A stretch of 64,000 nt of DNA, taken from the NCBI GenBank assembly GCA_963730495.1, contig CAVSSD010000016.1, forward strand, positions 89,076-153,075, read 5' to 3'. Numbering within the stretch: position 1 is the first letter of the stretch; every line of letters begins with the position of its first letter. Made by a program: the position numbers and the translations under genes. The DNA comes from an uncultured Acidobacteriota bacterium. GTDB lineage: Bacteria; Acidobacteriota; Terriglobia; Acidiferrales; UBA7541. Below the pieces are notes generated by a model. The model was not told where the DNA came from, searched no databases, and saw nothing but the letters and a program-made list of their open reading frames with translations. Shown in pieces: positions 50,852 to 60,329 of this stretch.

Positions 50852-50896
50852 GGGCACGGCCCTTCGAAGCTCAGGGTAAACGTGCAGTGCCCCTAC
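50852..50896. mobile_element. Family-B REP with one 21-bp mini-element insertion
   Basis: GGGCACGG[CCCTTCGAAGCTCAGGGTAAA]CGTGCAGTGCCCCTAC versus the empty copy at 53945-53968. Confidence 0.75.
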
Positions 50897-50920
50897 GGGA
50901 ATGATTTGGCGGACATCTCG

Positions 50921-51830
50921 ATGAGTTGGCGCAGGTTCCGGATTCCATATTTCATTTGTGTGTTTTTGTTGATCGGGTTGGGGGTTGCTCGTTGCGCCTC
51001 GGCTCAGCAGGAACCTAAACTTGCGGCGGCGATTCCTGCTATTCAGGAATCGATACGGAAGAGCGGGGCGGATGTGGGGGTGGCGTTTCGGACGCTTGGA
51101 TGGGAAGGCGGAGTGGTTCTTTCGGGCGGATGAGCCGTTTCACGCTGCTAGCACGATGAAGGTGCCTGTTTTGATCGAATTGTTTCATCAGGTGCACGAG
51201 GGAAAGCTGAAGCTGGACGATCCGTTGACTGTAAAAAATGAATTTCACAGTTTGGTGGATGGGTCGGTCTATACGCTTGATCCTGGGGATGATTCGGAAG
51301 CGGATTTGTACAAGGCTGTGGGGCAGACGCGGACCTTGCGGCAGCTTTGCGAATTGATGATTACGGTTAGCAGCAATTTAGCGACAAATCTTTTGATTGA
51401 AAAGCTGGGAGTGGAAAATATTCAAGCTACTGTTCATTCTTTGCATGCTGATGGAATGAATGTTTTGCGAGGTGTCGAGGATGGTAAAGCGTTTGCGAAA
51501 GGGTTGAATAACACGACGACGGCTCGCGGTCTGCAGCAGTTGATGGAGGCGATCGCTAGCGGGGAGGCGGTCGATCAGGATTCTTCGCGCGCGATGATCG
51601 AAATTCTTGAGCGCCAAACTTTTAACGAATGCATACCTGCGGGATTGCCTCCTGGCATTCGCGTGGCGCACAAGACCGGAGAGATCACTAAGATTCATAA
51701 TGACGCCGCGATTGTCTTTGCGCCGAAACCTTTTGTGTTGGTGATTCTGGTGCGCGGGATCGCCGATAAGAAGGAGAGCGCGGCGCTGATGGCGGATATT
51801 ACGCGGCAGCTTTATCAGGCTACGCAGTAG
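50921..51830 (+). CDS. Class A beta-lactamase-like serine hydrolase, frameshift ~51098
   Basis: STMK, SSN, KTG motifs; signal peptide lies in the upstream frame. Confidence 0.8.
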
Positions 51831-51904
51831 GGCTACTCAGTGGGCTGGTGACCGGTTGGGTTTGCTGAGTCTGGGAACACATACTTAAGAAGAAAGACTT
51901 AAGA

Positions 51905-51988
51905 GCACAGCTGAAGTCTGTGCCACCCAAACTACTTGACTACGGAAGGGCGTGGCGAAAAGTGGCAGCAGAGCTGCCGCACTCCAAA
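51905..51988 (-). repeat. Adjacent family C (51905-51926) and family A (51958-51988) REPs
   Basis: Match 44111-44135 and 84-111 respectively. Confidence 0.75.
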
Positions 51989-52125
51989 TCGGGTGACAAT
52001 CTTGCACAACCCTGGTCCGCGTGAGAATCATCAAACGAGATGGACTAGGACGCTGAGCTTGTTGGATGGGGAAGCCGACGCAGGATCATGCTTTTGCAGA
52101 GCGCCGCAACGAGAGGGATAGGGTT

Positions 52126-53247
52126 ATGAGGAGTTTGGCGAAGACGGTTGCCGTGATCGCGCTTGGGGTATTTTTTGCGGGCTCGGCGGTGGCGGATACG
52201 TTGGAACTTAAGGATGGGCGCATCCTGCAAGGGCGCTATCTGGGCGGCACCCAAGCGGTGGTGCGATTTGAGATTAATGGGGATGTGCGGACTTTTAGTG
52301 TGAATGATGTTGTCGGGGTCACGTTTACAGGAGCTTCGGGTAAATCGAGCGCTCCGGCGGTTGCACCCCCAGCTGATGCTGTCCCTCAAGCTGTGCCGCC
52401 ATCGGCGGCTGCGCCGGCCGAAGCCGTTCCACCGACTGCGGATGCGCCTGGATCGGCAGCTCCAACGGCGCCACCGGCTGCAGTTGCGCCTCCGCCAGCC
52501 GCCGCGCGGCCACCTGCAGTTTCGCCAGCATCCGCACCGCCGGATACTTCTGCTGTTTCCGCGGCTCCTCCTGCAGATGCTTCTCAGCTGCCGGTTACTT
52601 CGCAGGACGTTCCGCCGCCTGCTACGAAACCATCTGCTGTGGCCCCACAATCTCCTGTGGCTCCAAAATCAGTGCAAGCTCCCGCTGCGCAAGCTCCTCC
52701 GGCGCAGGACCCTGCTGCTCAATATGGCGAAGTGACGATCCCTGCGGGACAAGTGCTGTTGGTTCGCATGATTGATGGCGTGGATTCTTCGAGAAACCAG
52801 GTTGGCGATGTTTTCCACGCCAGCCTTGAGACTGACCTCTATGTCAACAACACGCTCCTGGCGCATAAAGGCTCGGACATTTATGGGCGCCTTGCAAATG
52901 TGCAAGAAGCGGGCAAGCTTTCGGGGAGCGCGGAGTTGCAGCTGGAGCTCATGCGCATTGTGATTGATGGGCACGATTATTCGCTGGTCAGCAGCGACTA
53001 CAGTTTGAAGGGGCAGGGACGTGGCGCGGACACCGCAAAGAAAGTGACCGGCGGGGCCGTGGTTGGAGCCATCATTGGAGCGATCGCGGGCGGAGGAAAA
53101 GGGGCTGCGATTGGAGCAGGAGCAGGATCGGCAGCTGGCGCGGGAGTGCAGATATTCACCAAGGGCGAAAAGGTGAAAGTGCCGAGCGAAACATTGCTGG
53201 AATTCAGGTTGCGGCAGCCTGCGATGGTTACGCCGACGGAGCGCTAG
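52126..53247 (+). CDS. Exported Pro/Ala-rich protein with glycine zipper
   Basis: Signal peptide, DTLELKDG, low-complexity linker, GAVVGAIIGAIAGGGKGAAIGAGAG. Confidence 0.8.
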   Translation: MRSLAKTVAVIALGVFFAGSAVADTLELKDGRILQGRYLGGTQAVVRFEINGDVRTFSVNDVVGVTFTGASGKSSAPAVAPPADAVPQAVPPSAAAPAEAVPPTADAPGSAAPTAPPAAVAPPPAAARPPAVSPASAPPDTSAVSAAPPADASQLPVTSQDVPPPATKPSAVAPQSPVAPKSVQAPAAQAPPAQDPAAQYGEVTIPAGQVLLVRMIDGVDSSRNQVGDVFHASLETDLYVNNTLLAHKGSDIYGRLANVQEAGKLSGSAELQLELMRIVIDGHDYSLVSSDYSLKGQGRGADTAKKVTGGAVVGAIIGAIAGGGKGAAIGAGAGSAAGAGVQIFTKGEKVKVPSETLLEFRLRQPAMVTPTER

Positions 53248-53404
53248 ATGCGCTGGACTGCCTAAAAATTCAGCAAATTTAGCGGGCGGAGTTTTCCACA
53301 AGTGGTGCCAAAGCGTTAACGAATTGGAATCACGCCTGGCAAATTCCCTCTTGCTCTTCCTACTGTTAGTGACTAAGCTACCCCCTCGACCTTGGAGAGC
53401 CATC

Positions 53405-53827
53405 GTGCCTAAAGAAAAACCACGCGTAAACATCGGAGAAGTCATTAAGTCGTATCGCAGCCAGAGGGGATTGTCGCAGGGAGACATCGAGCGCCGCACG
53501 GGATTGTTGCGCTGCTACCTCTCGCGTGTTGAGAACGGGCATACTGTGCCGTCACTCGAAACGCTAGCAAAGATTGCGGAAGCCATGGATATCTCGCTCG
53601 CGGATTTTTTTCCGGGGACGGAGACGCCGCGCGACCGCGAGACGCAGAAGATGCTGGGAGAGCTTTCGCAGGACGAGATTCGGTTTTTGGCGGAGATCAA
53701 GAGATTCAGTACGACGCTATCGGATGGGGATAAGCGGTTGGTGCTGGCGATGATTCGGAAGATGGCGACTTTGATTCCGCCGCCGGTTTCGAAGAAGTTG
53801 GTGATTCGGAGGACGACTACGGTTTGA
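53405..53827 (+). CDS. XRE-family HTH regulator
   Basis: GLSQGDI..RTGLLRCYLSRVENGHTVPSLETL. Confidence 0.9.
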   Translation: MPKEKPRVNIGEVIKSYRSQRGLSQGDIERRTGLLRCYLSRVENGHTVPSLETLAKIAEAMDISLADFFPGTETPRDRETQKMLGELSQDEIRFLAEIKRFSTTLSDGDKRLVLAMIRKMATLIPPPVSKKLVIRRTTTV

Positions 53828-53830
53828 GGA

Positions 53831-53862
53831 AGCTCACAGCTCACAGCTGACAGTCGACAGTT
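53831..53862 (+). repeat. Short tandem heptamer repeat
   Basis: AGCTCAC AGCTCAC AGCTGAC AGTCGAC AGTT. Confidence 0.6.
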
Positions 53863-53884
53863 AAAATACGGAATTACTGATAGC

Positions 53885-53920
53885 GCGCTTGCGACGGTTT
53901 GTCGTGGGCGCTTTTTTTTT
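53885..53920 (+). terminator. Rho-independent terminator
   Basis: GCGCTTGCGACG/TGTCGTGGGCGC stem with G-U pairs followed by T9. Confidence 0.75.
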
Positions 53921-53944
53921 GCGAGACGGCGAGAAACGGCAGGT

Positions 53945-53968
53945 GGGCACGGCGTGCCGTGCCCCTAC
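53945..53968 (-). repeat. GTAG-type REP, family B (empty copy)
   Basis: GGGCACGGCGTGCCGTGCCCCTAC. Confidence 0.8.
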
Positions 53969-53979
53969 GGGGCGGTGGC

Positions 53980-55893
53980 TTAGGATTGGCCGCGGATTAG
54001 GCGGATGGCGTCGGGGAGGGCGGCGGCGGCGGCGCGGCCTGGGGAGGAGGCGCGGGCGGCTTCGGACTCTTCGGGATCGAGCTGGCCTTCGCCGGGGGCT
54101 AGGAAGAGATTGCTCTCTACTTCGTGTTGTTTGGTGTAGAGATCGTAGTAGCGGCCTGCGGCGGCGTAGAGCGACGCGTGGTTGCCGCGTTCGATGATGC
54201 GGCCGGCTTCGACGACGAGGATTTGTTCGGCGCGACGAATTGTGGACAGGCGATGGGCGATCACAAAAGTTGTGCGTCCGCGCATCAGGTAGCGGAGGCC
54301 TTCCTGGATGAGGGCTTCGGATTCGGAATCGAGGCTCGAAGTAGCTTCGTCCAGGATCAGGATGCGCGGGTCAGCCAGGATTGCGCGGGCGATGGAGACG
54401 CGCTGTTTTTGGCCGCCGGAGAGTTTGACGCCGCGTTCGCCGACCAGCGTGTCGTATTTTTTCTCGAAGGCTTCGGCAAACTCGTCGACGCGCGCGATGT
54501 GGCAGGCGGCAAGAATTTCTTCTTCGCTGGCTTCGGGGCGCGCGAAGGCTACATTTTCGCGGATGGTGCCGTCAAAAAGAAAAGTTTCTTGCAGGACGAC
54601 GCCGAGCTGCGTGCGGTAGGAGTTCAGTTTCACTGTGGCGAGATCGATTCCGTCGATTAGGACGCGGCCGCTGGATGGGACGTAGAATGCCGCGATTAAG
54701 CCGATGATTGTTGATTTGCCCGCGCCCGAAGGGCCGACCAGGGCTGTGACTGTTCCGGGCTGCGAATCAAAACTCACTTCATGCAGAACTTCCTTGCCGG
54801 AGTCGTAGGAAAAATTTACGTTTTCCATGACGACTTGGCCATTGATGCGCTCCATGGTGACGATGCGGCGCGGGTCCTCATCTTCTTTCGTTTCGTTGAG
54901 GATTTCGCGAGTGCGCTCGAGGCCGGTGATGGCTTCGGTGATTTGCGTGCCGATCGCGACAATTTGAAACACCGGGGCAATCAGGAACCCGAGGAAAAGA
55001 TTGAACGCAAACCAGTCGCCCAGGGTCATGCTGCCGCTCAGAATTTTGTGGCCGCCTAACTCGAGCATGAGAGCGCTGACGACTCCGAGGAGTGTGGCGC
55101 CGGAGAGACTCATGATGGAGGTGGCGGTGATGGTTTTTAGGACATTGTCGAGTAGTCGTTGAACGCCGGCGCCGAAAATCGTCTCTTCGCGCTCCTCGGC
55201 GTGATAGCCCTTGACGACGCGCACGCCGCCCAGCGATTCGGTGAGGCGGCCAGTGACTTCGGCGGTGATTTTTGGGCGCGCGCGGAAGATCGGGCGAATC
55301 GTGGAGAAGGCTTTGCTGATGCCGAACCCGAAGACCAGCAAAATTGAGAATGCCACGCCTGTGAGCAGAACGCTGGCGTGAATCAAATAAACCAGTGCGA
55401 AGACGGCGGTCATAAGGCCGCCGACAAACTCGACGAGGCCGGTGCCCACGAGATTGCGCACGCCTTCGACGTCGCTCATGATGCGCGAAACGAGGACGCC
55501 GGTTTTATTCGAATCGTAAAAGGAGATGGGCAAGCGGCCGATGTGCGCTTGCACCTTGCGGCGCAGCTCAGTAATCATTTTTTGCGCGGATTTGGAGAGA
55601 AGCTGCGTTAGCGTGAACGAAGTGAGGCCCTGGATGATGGTGGCGCCGAGCACGCCGAGGACGATCGGCGTCAAAAGATAAACTTGATGCTTTATGGCGA
55701 CGTTATCGACGAAATATTTGGTGGAAGCGGGGAGGACGAGGCCGCAAACGCGGTTAATGGCCATTAGGCCGAAGCCAAGAATTAGCAAGCCGCGGCGCGG
55801 ATGGATCAGCGCCCAGACATCGGGAAGAGACTTCCAGGCGTTCTTTCTTTTTTCGGCCTTCGTGGGCGCAGCTGTATTCGTTTCGGATGCCAT
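53980..55893 (-). CDS. ABC exporter, fused permease/ATPase (MsbA/Sav1866-like)
   Basis: TM domain, GPSGAGKST, LSGGQKQR, LDEATS, AHRL. Confidence 0.93.
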   Translation of the reverse strand: MASETNTAAPTKAEKRKNAWKSLPDVWALIHPRRGLLILGFGLMAINRVCGLVLPASTKYFVDNVAIKHQVYLLTPIVLGVLGATIIQGLTSFTLTQLLSKSAQKMITELRRKVQAHIGRLPISFYDSNKTGVLVSRIMSDVEGVRNLVGTGLVEFVGGLMTAVFALVYLIHASVLLTGVAFSILLVFGFGISKAFSTIRPIFRARPKITAEVTGRLTESLGGVRVVKGYHAEEREETIFGAGVQRLLDNVLKTITATSIMSLSGATLLGVVSALMLELGGHKILSGSMTLGDWFAFNLFLGFLIAPVFQIVAIGTQITEAITGLERTREILNETKEDEDPRRIVTMERINGQVVMENVNFSYDSGKEVLHEVSFDSQPGTVTALVGPSGAGKSTIIGLIAAFYVPSSGRVLIDGIDLATVKLNSYRTQLGVVLQETFLFDGTIRENVAFARPEASEEEILAACHIARVDEFAEAFEKKYDTLVGERGVKLSGGQKQRVSIARAILADPRILILDEATSSLDSESEALIQEGLRYLMRGRTTFVIAHRLSTIRRAEQILVVEAGRIIERGNHASLYAAAGRYYDLYTKQHEVESNLFLAPGEGQLDPEESEAARASSPGRAAAAALPDAIRLIRGQS

Positions 55894-55980
55894 AGTTTGA
55901 GGGCGGTGCGACGATCTTTCTTGGATGCGCATGGAAGAAGGTAGAGTACATTTCAATCGGTGTTCGAACAAGGACGGCAG

Positions 55981-56753
55981 ATGACTGATACGCACAAGGA
56001 AGATTCTCGAGGGACTTTAATTGTTACAGGCTCGGGGCGGGGCATCGGAGCTGCCGTGGCCAAGCTGGCAGGAGGGCGCGGTTTTCGCGTAGTGGTGAAC
56101 TATGCACGAAATGCGCAAGCCGCTGCGGACGTGGCGCGAGCCATTGTTTCATCTGGAGGTAGCGCGACCGTTATTCAAGCCGATATTTCGCGCGAGGGAG
56201 AAGTCGTGAGGCTGTTTGAGTCCGCCGAACGGGAATTTGGTCCGATCACTGGTCTCGTGAACAACGCGGGAATAACGGGGGGATTCGCTCGAGTCGAGAG
56301 CGTTACGAGTGCAATGCTCACGCGGGTTTTCGCTGTGAATGTAGTGGCGATCGATGCTTTGCGCTCGCGAAGCCGTGAAGCGCATGTCCACAAAAAACGG
56401 AGGACGGGGCGGCGCCATCGTGAATATTTCTTCGCGTGCGGCGCAGATTGGCGGGGCGGGGGAATGGGTACACTATGCGGCGTCGAAAGGTGCGCTCGAT
56501 ACGTTTACGCTTGGTCTTGCGCGGGAAGTTGCGGCGTGAGGGCATTCGCGTCAATGCAGTGGCTCCGGGGCATGTGCTTACGGAACTGCATGCAGCTAGC
56601 GGGGATCCCGAAAGGATGACGCGTTTGGCTCCTACGATTCCTATGGGACGCGCGGGAGCGCCGGAGGAAATTGCGGAAGCGGTTTTGTGGTTGCTTTCGC
56701 CAGCTGCTTCTTACACAACGGGAGCGATTCTTGCGGTTAGCGGCGGGCGGTAG
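55981..56753 (+). CDS. SDR oxidoreductase, two frameshifts (~56348, ~56537)
   Basis: TGSGRGIG, NNAG, YAASK and IRVNAVAPG spread across three frames. Confidence 0.85.
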
Positions 56754-56797
56754 AGATAAGCAGAAGAACTAAATCGTTCCAGCGAAGAGTAGAGTTT

Positions 56798-56860
56798 CCT
56801 CAGGGGCTAAAGCCCTAGGTCTTGCAGGTTTTCTATGTCGGAGCTGAAAGCTCCGACCCC
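56798..56860. repeat. Twin hairpins GGGCTAAAGCCC and GTCGGAGCTGAAAGCTCCGAC
   Basis: Two stem-loops between convergent genes; REP-like or terminator. Confidence 0.55.
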
Positions 56861-56870
56861 TTACAGCAAA

Positions 56871-58061
56871 CTAATCAGCGGCGGCGCCGCCACGGGGAAC
56901 TTGTGCTGTTGCTGGGCGCTCCAGGTTTAAGACGCTGGAGATGAACTCGCTTACGGTGATGCCCAAGTGGCCCCAGAGGCGGCGTTTGAGGCTGGTGTAA
57001 TCCTGGGTGCCGCTGAAGAGATCGCTCATCAATTGGCGGAAGACGGCGCTGCGGTTCATGAATTGAACCATGCGCGTGGTGACGGCCGTTCCGAGGAACG
57101 ATCCACGATAGAAGCGGCGCACGATGCGCGCGGCGAATTCCAATTCTGAAGAGAATGCCGCCTTGACCCACGCCGTGTATTTTTCCGGGCAGCCTTCCGC
57201 GAGTGAGCGGCCCAGCAGTTCGCCGGAGCGCATCGCGTAGAAAAGGCCTTCGCCAGTGAGAGGGTCAACCCAAGCAGCGGCATCGCCAACCATCGCCCAA
57301 TTCTTGCCCATTACAGGGCGATCGGAAAGAGTGCTTTCTTTTGGAGACGGCAGAACGTGGCTGTAAAACTGTGCGTCCAGCGTCGGGAGCCCGTGCTTCT
57401 CCACGAAAGCGCTGAGATGCGTTTTGAGCTCTGCGCTAGTATGCGAAGCCATGCTGCCGCAAATACCGACGGAAAGATGGTCGCAGCGCGGAAAAGACCA
57501 GATGTAGCCTTCAAAATGCGGAAGAAATTTCACGATGATCGAGTCGGCAGTCTGCGGAATGAAGTAGCCCTGCGTCATTTCCAACTCGTCGCGCTGGAGA
57601 GCGCGGGTTTCCGGCAGAATTTGATTGCGCGCGCCTGCGGCCAGGACGAGGAAATCGGCGCTGCGCCATTCGCCATCGACGGAGTAGCGGGGCTTTGTGG
57701 TGCTGGTGTCAACGTCAAGAACGTGCGCTTGCTGCACTTCACAGCCGGCTGCTTTGGCGCGGTCCAGCAACATGCCGTTCAAAACACGGCGCGAATAAAT
57801 CACGATGGGGTGGGTCATTTCGAGGTTGGCGCGCTGATCGTTGCTGCTGATAAGTTCGACGGAGCGAACAAGTTTTTTGGGATAAGGATTGTCGAGCAGG
57901 AAAGGGAAGCACTGGACAGCTTTATGAGTTAGGCCTCCGCCGCAGGGTTTTTCCCAGGCGAGGCGCTGATCAAAAATTTGGACTTTATGTCCCGCGCGCG
58001 CGAGCTGCTCACCGCACATCGCGCCGGAAGGTCCGCCGCCGACGATCGCTATCTCTGCCAT
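56871..58061 (-). CDS. Geranylgeranyl-reductase-family FAD oxidoreductase
   Basis: GGGPSG, KPCGGG, GYIWSFP, VGDAA.WVDPLTGEG. Confidence 0.85.
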   Translation of the reverse strand: MAEIAIVGGGPSGAMCGEQLARAGHKVQIFDQRLAWEKPCGGGLTHKAVQCFPFLLDNPYPKKLVRSVELISSNDQRANLEMTHPIVIYSRRVLNGMLLDRAKAAGCEVQQAHVLDVDTSTTKPRYSVDGEWRSADFLVLAAGARNQILPETRALQRDELEMTQGYFIPQTADSIIVKFLPHFEGYIWSFPRCDHLSVGICGSMASHTSAELKTHLSAFVEKHGLPTLDAQFYSHVLPSPKESTLSDRPVMGKNWAMVGDAAAWVDPLTGEGLFYAMRSGELLGRSLAEGCPEKYTAWVKAAFSSELEFAARIVRRFYRGSFLGTAVTTRMVQFMNRSAVFRQLMSDLFSGTQDYTSLKRRLWGHLGITVSEFISSVLNLERPATAQVPRGGAAAD

Positions 58062-58166
58062 GGTCCTATCTCGTCTCGCTGATGGCCTTGGACTCCGTCG
58101 CTGGACAAGGATACCTGCAGGCGGCGACTGGGATTGGCTATCAATTTTTCCAGGTAATGGGCCCCA

Positions 58167-59721
58167 TCAAGTGGTGGGGAAGACCACCAGGCAAAACCCG
58201 GCGAGGAGTATAGCACCGAAAAGGGCTGCGGCTGCGGGGGAGGCGGTAACTTCCCGGACAACCTTCATGGCCCAAGCCTGTAGGAGGCAAAAGAGCGCAA
58301 ATGAGGGCGCGAGAAGGACTAAGAGGACTTCGCCGCTGTGCAAGACGAAGAGGCCGGCGACGATGGCGCCCCAGGCAACCAGGCGTAAGCGAGAGCGTCG
58401 TGAACAATCGTCCCGCTGCTTTACCTGGCGATGCGCGACCAATCAGCAGCTCTTCCGCGGCGTGATAGGGAAGCACGGCAATACAGAACGGAAGAAAGCG
58501 CGCCCAACGCGGAGCGGTCAGCCAGGCTTCGCTGAAGGTCAAATCAAGCCACGAGGTGATCAGAAAATGCAGAAGCAACGCCGCGAATAGGGCGAGGAGA
58601 ATGGTGAAGTGAAGCGATCGGGCAGGCTGAGGCCCGCTGGCGCCTGTGGCGAATAGATTTCGCAGCGAATTCCAATGCAAGACGAGAAGGACGGTTCCGA
58701 AAACTAGCAGAAAGCTTGCGAAGTAGTCTCCTTGGAATAGATGCAGAGCGCGGAGAGGAGTGGAATAGGAGAGGAGGCCGGCTGTTCCGAGCGCGACGAT
58801 TGCATATTCGAGAAAAACGCGTGGCTTGACGCTAGTCGTAACGTTTTCGACGGCTGGCGCTGCCTGATTTTTATTCTGCAAAATTTCTCGAAGAAAAGGT
58901 CCCACCAACAAAAGTATTCCGGTGAAACCAGCTAAGAATCCGAGAACTGTCCGGTGGGAAGGCAGAGTGGGTCGCGATTCCGAGTGCAGGACGCGAGCCG
59001 CCCAATTTTGAGCGTCGGACATTGCTGTAGCGTCGAACAAAATGCTGACGTGGTCCGATCGAGGAATCACGACGTACTGACTCGTGCCGTCGCCGGGAGC
59101 GGGCAGCAAATTCTTTACAGCGGTGCGGATTCTTTCGGGTTCCCAGGCCGCGCTCATTAATAGAGAGTGAGCGGGGAGCGCTCCGAAATCGTGAAAGGGC
59201 ATCATTTCTGGCGAGATACCGGGCATTGGACGCATGGGGGCGGGAGAAAACGCGACAACGCCGGCGACCGGGATTTGCGATGCGATGCGCAATGCAATGG
59301 CCCCGCCTAACGAATGTCCTGCAAGGATGGTGCGTTCCGGATCGAGCAGGCCGCGCGCGATAAGTTCGCGGACCAGATTTTCGGAGCACTTATCGGACCG
59401 CTCATAAGAAAACGGGCCGTCAGTGCGACCGTGACCCGGCAAGTCCGGAACAAAGACGCGCAAACCTTGCGAAGCGAAACCCGCCGTGATGTACGACATG
59501 ATCCGCTTATTTGCGGATAGGCCATGAAGAAGAACGACGTAGCCTTGCGGTGTGCTACCCGCAGGCTGTCCCATGGGCTCGACGATGTCGGTCACCAGGC
59601 GGCATCCACCGGCGTCAATGCGAAAAGTATGGGACTGGTAAGGAACGGCCAGCGCCAGCGACAAGCCCAAGACGCAAAGTCCGACGCCTGCAATGGCGCG
59701 AGGCATTTTATTCGATTTCAT
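58167..59721 (-). CDS. Alpha/beta hydrolase fused to a multi-TM C-terminus, frameshift ~58388
   Basis: LLHG, DLPGHG, GHSLG nucleophile, SDH; TM helices continue in frame 58167-58442. Confidence 0.8.
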
Positions 59722-59822
59722 GAGAAGCGCCCGGCGCGCAAGTGCTTGGCGCGCGGTGCGTGATAAACTAGCGTTTCAGCTAACGCCAAGGCGATTTTTG
59801 CGTGGGACTTCATGGAGTTCCT

Positions 59823-60320
59823 TTGAACCCGGAGATACTGACTCTCGACGAAGCGATTTTGCGGTTTGGCCCAGGGAAACGCAATGGCCGCCGCGTTGTG
59901 TTCACTAATGGCTGTTTCGATTTGCTGCATCCCGGGCACATCGGCAGCCTCGAGCAGGCGCGCGCGCTTGGAGACGTGCTGATCGTGGGCCTCAACAGCG
60001 ATGCCAGCGTGCGCCAATTGAAGGGCGCCGGACGCCCCGTTCTGCCGGAACGCGAGCGTGCCGAAATTCTCGCCGCGCTCGAATGCGTGGATGCTGTAGT
60101 GATATTCGATGCGCTCACGCCGCGCGAGGTGATTGCGCGACTGCTTCCGGACGTTTTGGTGAAAGGCGGGGACTGGGCAAGCGATCAAATCGTGGGCCGC
60201 GAAGAAGTAGAAGCAGCCGGAGGCCGTGTCGTTTCCATTCCCGTCGTCGCGGGCTATTCCACCACGGAAATTCTTCGAAAAATCCGCGAAGGCGCTTCCA
60301 CCCCTCGCGTGGAAGCCTGA
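59823..60320 (+). CDS. rfaE2: D-glycero-beta-D-manno-heptose 1-phosphate adenylyltransferase
   Basis: [24 protein letters not shown]; TTG start after GGAG inferred. Confidence 0.9.
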   Translation: MNPEILTLDEAILRFGPGKRNGRRVVFTNGCFDLLHPGHIGSLEQARALGDVLIVGLNSDASVRQLKGAGRPVLPERERAEILAALECVDAVVIFDALTPREVIARLLPDVLVKGGDWASDQIVGREEVEAAGGRVVSIPVVAGYSTTEILRKIREGASTPRVEA

Positions 60321-60329
60321 CGCGCGCGC

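Noticed and set aside
50921-51830. Bona fide antibiotic-resistance beta-lactamase
   Set aside because: Only generic penicillin-binding motifs (SSN rather than SDN) and no mobile context; activity cannot be inferred
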